Source: a virus
Reading direction: 5' to 3' (one strand)
IMG/VR virus record: IMGVR_UViG_3300046690_000279
Location: 17,717-81,716 of that record
DNA length: 64,000 nt
This document shows, one piece after another, positions 62,964 through 64,000 of the stretch; position 1 is the stretch's first letter, and every line of letters begins with the position of its first letter. Below the pieces are notes generated by a model. That model worked only from the letters and a program-made list of their open reading frames with translations, searched no databases and was not told the DNA's origin. The position numbers were made by a program, and so were the translations under genes.

Positions 62964-64000
62964 TCAGAAAACGTTGAACGTCGCGCTGTACCTGCGCCTG
63001 AGCCGGGACGCCGAAGGCAGCGCCAGCATCGAGACCCAGCGTGCTGCGGCCCTTGCCTGGCTGGCTGCGAACGGGATCACTGACTACGTGCTCACCGAGT
63101 ACGTGGATGCTGGCGTGTCCGGCGCGAAGGCCCTGGAAGCACGCAAGGGCATGGCCCAGCTCATGGCCGACGTACAAGAGCGTGTCACGGCCGCAGGGCG
63201 GAACGGGCCGAACGAGACAATCGTCATAGCGTGGAAACTCGACCGGTACGCGCGCAGCGTGAGTGAGTTCCTCCGCCTGGTCGCATGGGGCCAGCCTCGC
63301 AATGTGCGCCTGGCCACGACAGACAACACCATCAACACCACCACGCCTACTGGCCGCATGGTCGCCGTGTTCCTGGCAGCGCTGGCCGAATGGGAACGCG
63401 ACCTGATCACCTCGCGGATCATGGACGGGCAAGCCACCCGACGAGCGCAGGGCCGATGGGGCGCCGGAAACCCCCCGTACGGGTACCGGATCGTATTTCG
63501 GGACAGCGCAGGCCGAACGGTCACCGACCCGAAACTAGGCTCCGCGTATCTCGAAATCCACGAGGAACAAGCGGCCGTAATCCGGAAAGCCATCGACGAG
63601 CTGCTGACCAACGAAGACAGCTCGGTAGCGAGCACAGCGCTAATGGTCGACGTGTCAGAGGCCCAATGGCGCCGGTTGCTCAAAGCGCCAACACTGAAAG
63701 GCCAGCGCACACACCATGGCCAACTCGTCGTGGCCGAGGATGGAATTACGCCCGTGCAATTCGCCGAACCGATCATCGGCGCTGCTGAATTCAAGAAGAT
63801 TCAAGCCAGGCTGGCGAAGCTGTCCACTGGGGCGCAGCAGACGCCTAGGGCGGGGGCGAACCTCTGCGCCGGAATGTCCTGGTGCGCTGTCTGCAACGGG
63901 CGACTGAACGGCGGACGCAGCGACAGGGGCGAACAGCTCTACCGGTGCAAGGCTGGGCACGTAGCCATCTACGCCCGTGTGCTCGACGAGAAAGTTGAGG
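62935..64000 (+). mobile_element. Start of a further unit (different integrase allele)
   Basis: Integrase similar to 21735 but with many substitutions and an in-frame insertion near 63505-63540. Confidence 0.6.
62959..64000 (+). CDS. int: Large serine integrase, second allele (3' truncated by window)
   Basis: Homolog of 21735 with an in-frame insertion. Confidence 0.9.
   Translation, partial: MDQKTLNVALYLRLSRDAEGSASIETQRAAALAWLAANGITDYVLTEYVDAGVSGAKALEARKGMAQLMADVQERVTAAGRNGPNETIVIAWKLDRYARSVSEFLRLVAWGQPRNVRLATTDNTINTTTPTGRMVAVFLAALAEWERDLITSRIMDGQATRRAQGRWGAGNPPYGYRIVFRDSAGRTVTDPKLGSAYLEIHEEQAAVIRKAIDELLTNEDSSVASTALMVDVSEAQWRRLLKAPTLKGQRTHHGQLVVAEDGITPVQFAEPIIGAAEFKKIQARLAKLSTGAQQTPRAGANLCAGMSWCAVCNGRLNGGRSDRGEQLYRCKAGHVAIYARVLDEKVE

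Noticed and set aside
1-64000. Exact duplication or assembly repeat of one phage
   Set aside because: The copies differ by many substitutions, indels and whole genes

Overview
The whole window is temperate actinophage DNA of the phiC31/phiBT1 type (Streptomyces-like siphovirus), with no recognisable host genes. It is a head-to-tail tandem of related but non-identical genomes. Unit A (1 to about 21.7 kb) runs from tail fibre through lysis, repressor and early/replication genes. Unit B is complete between two attP-like inverted repeats (21682 and 62906; 41,224 bp apart) and carries a serine integrase, a tRNA cluster, an HK97-type head, a long tail, lysis, repressor, a gp3-like RDF, primase-helicase, PolA and a sigma-like factor. 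A second, different integrase allele begins at 62959. Both units share one 18-bp palindromic operator (CATACGGATATCCGTATG, 16 copies). At six equivalent intergenic positions they carry two different 16-bp motifs (A: GGTAACCGACYCGCTA; B: GGCCKTTCACCCGATC), and this swap tracks divergent alleles of the sigma-like gene, suggesting shared immunity but orthogonal lytic transcription. Other notable items are a 92-93 bp nested palindrome (twice in unit B, once in the visible part of A), a small-protein paralog family next to att, nested in-frame isoform genes, a structured RNA cluster with a tRNA-like element, and a non-canonical tail chaperone frameshift. All calls were made by eye; no searches or alignments were run.
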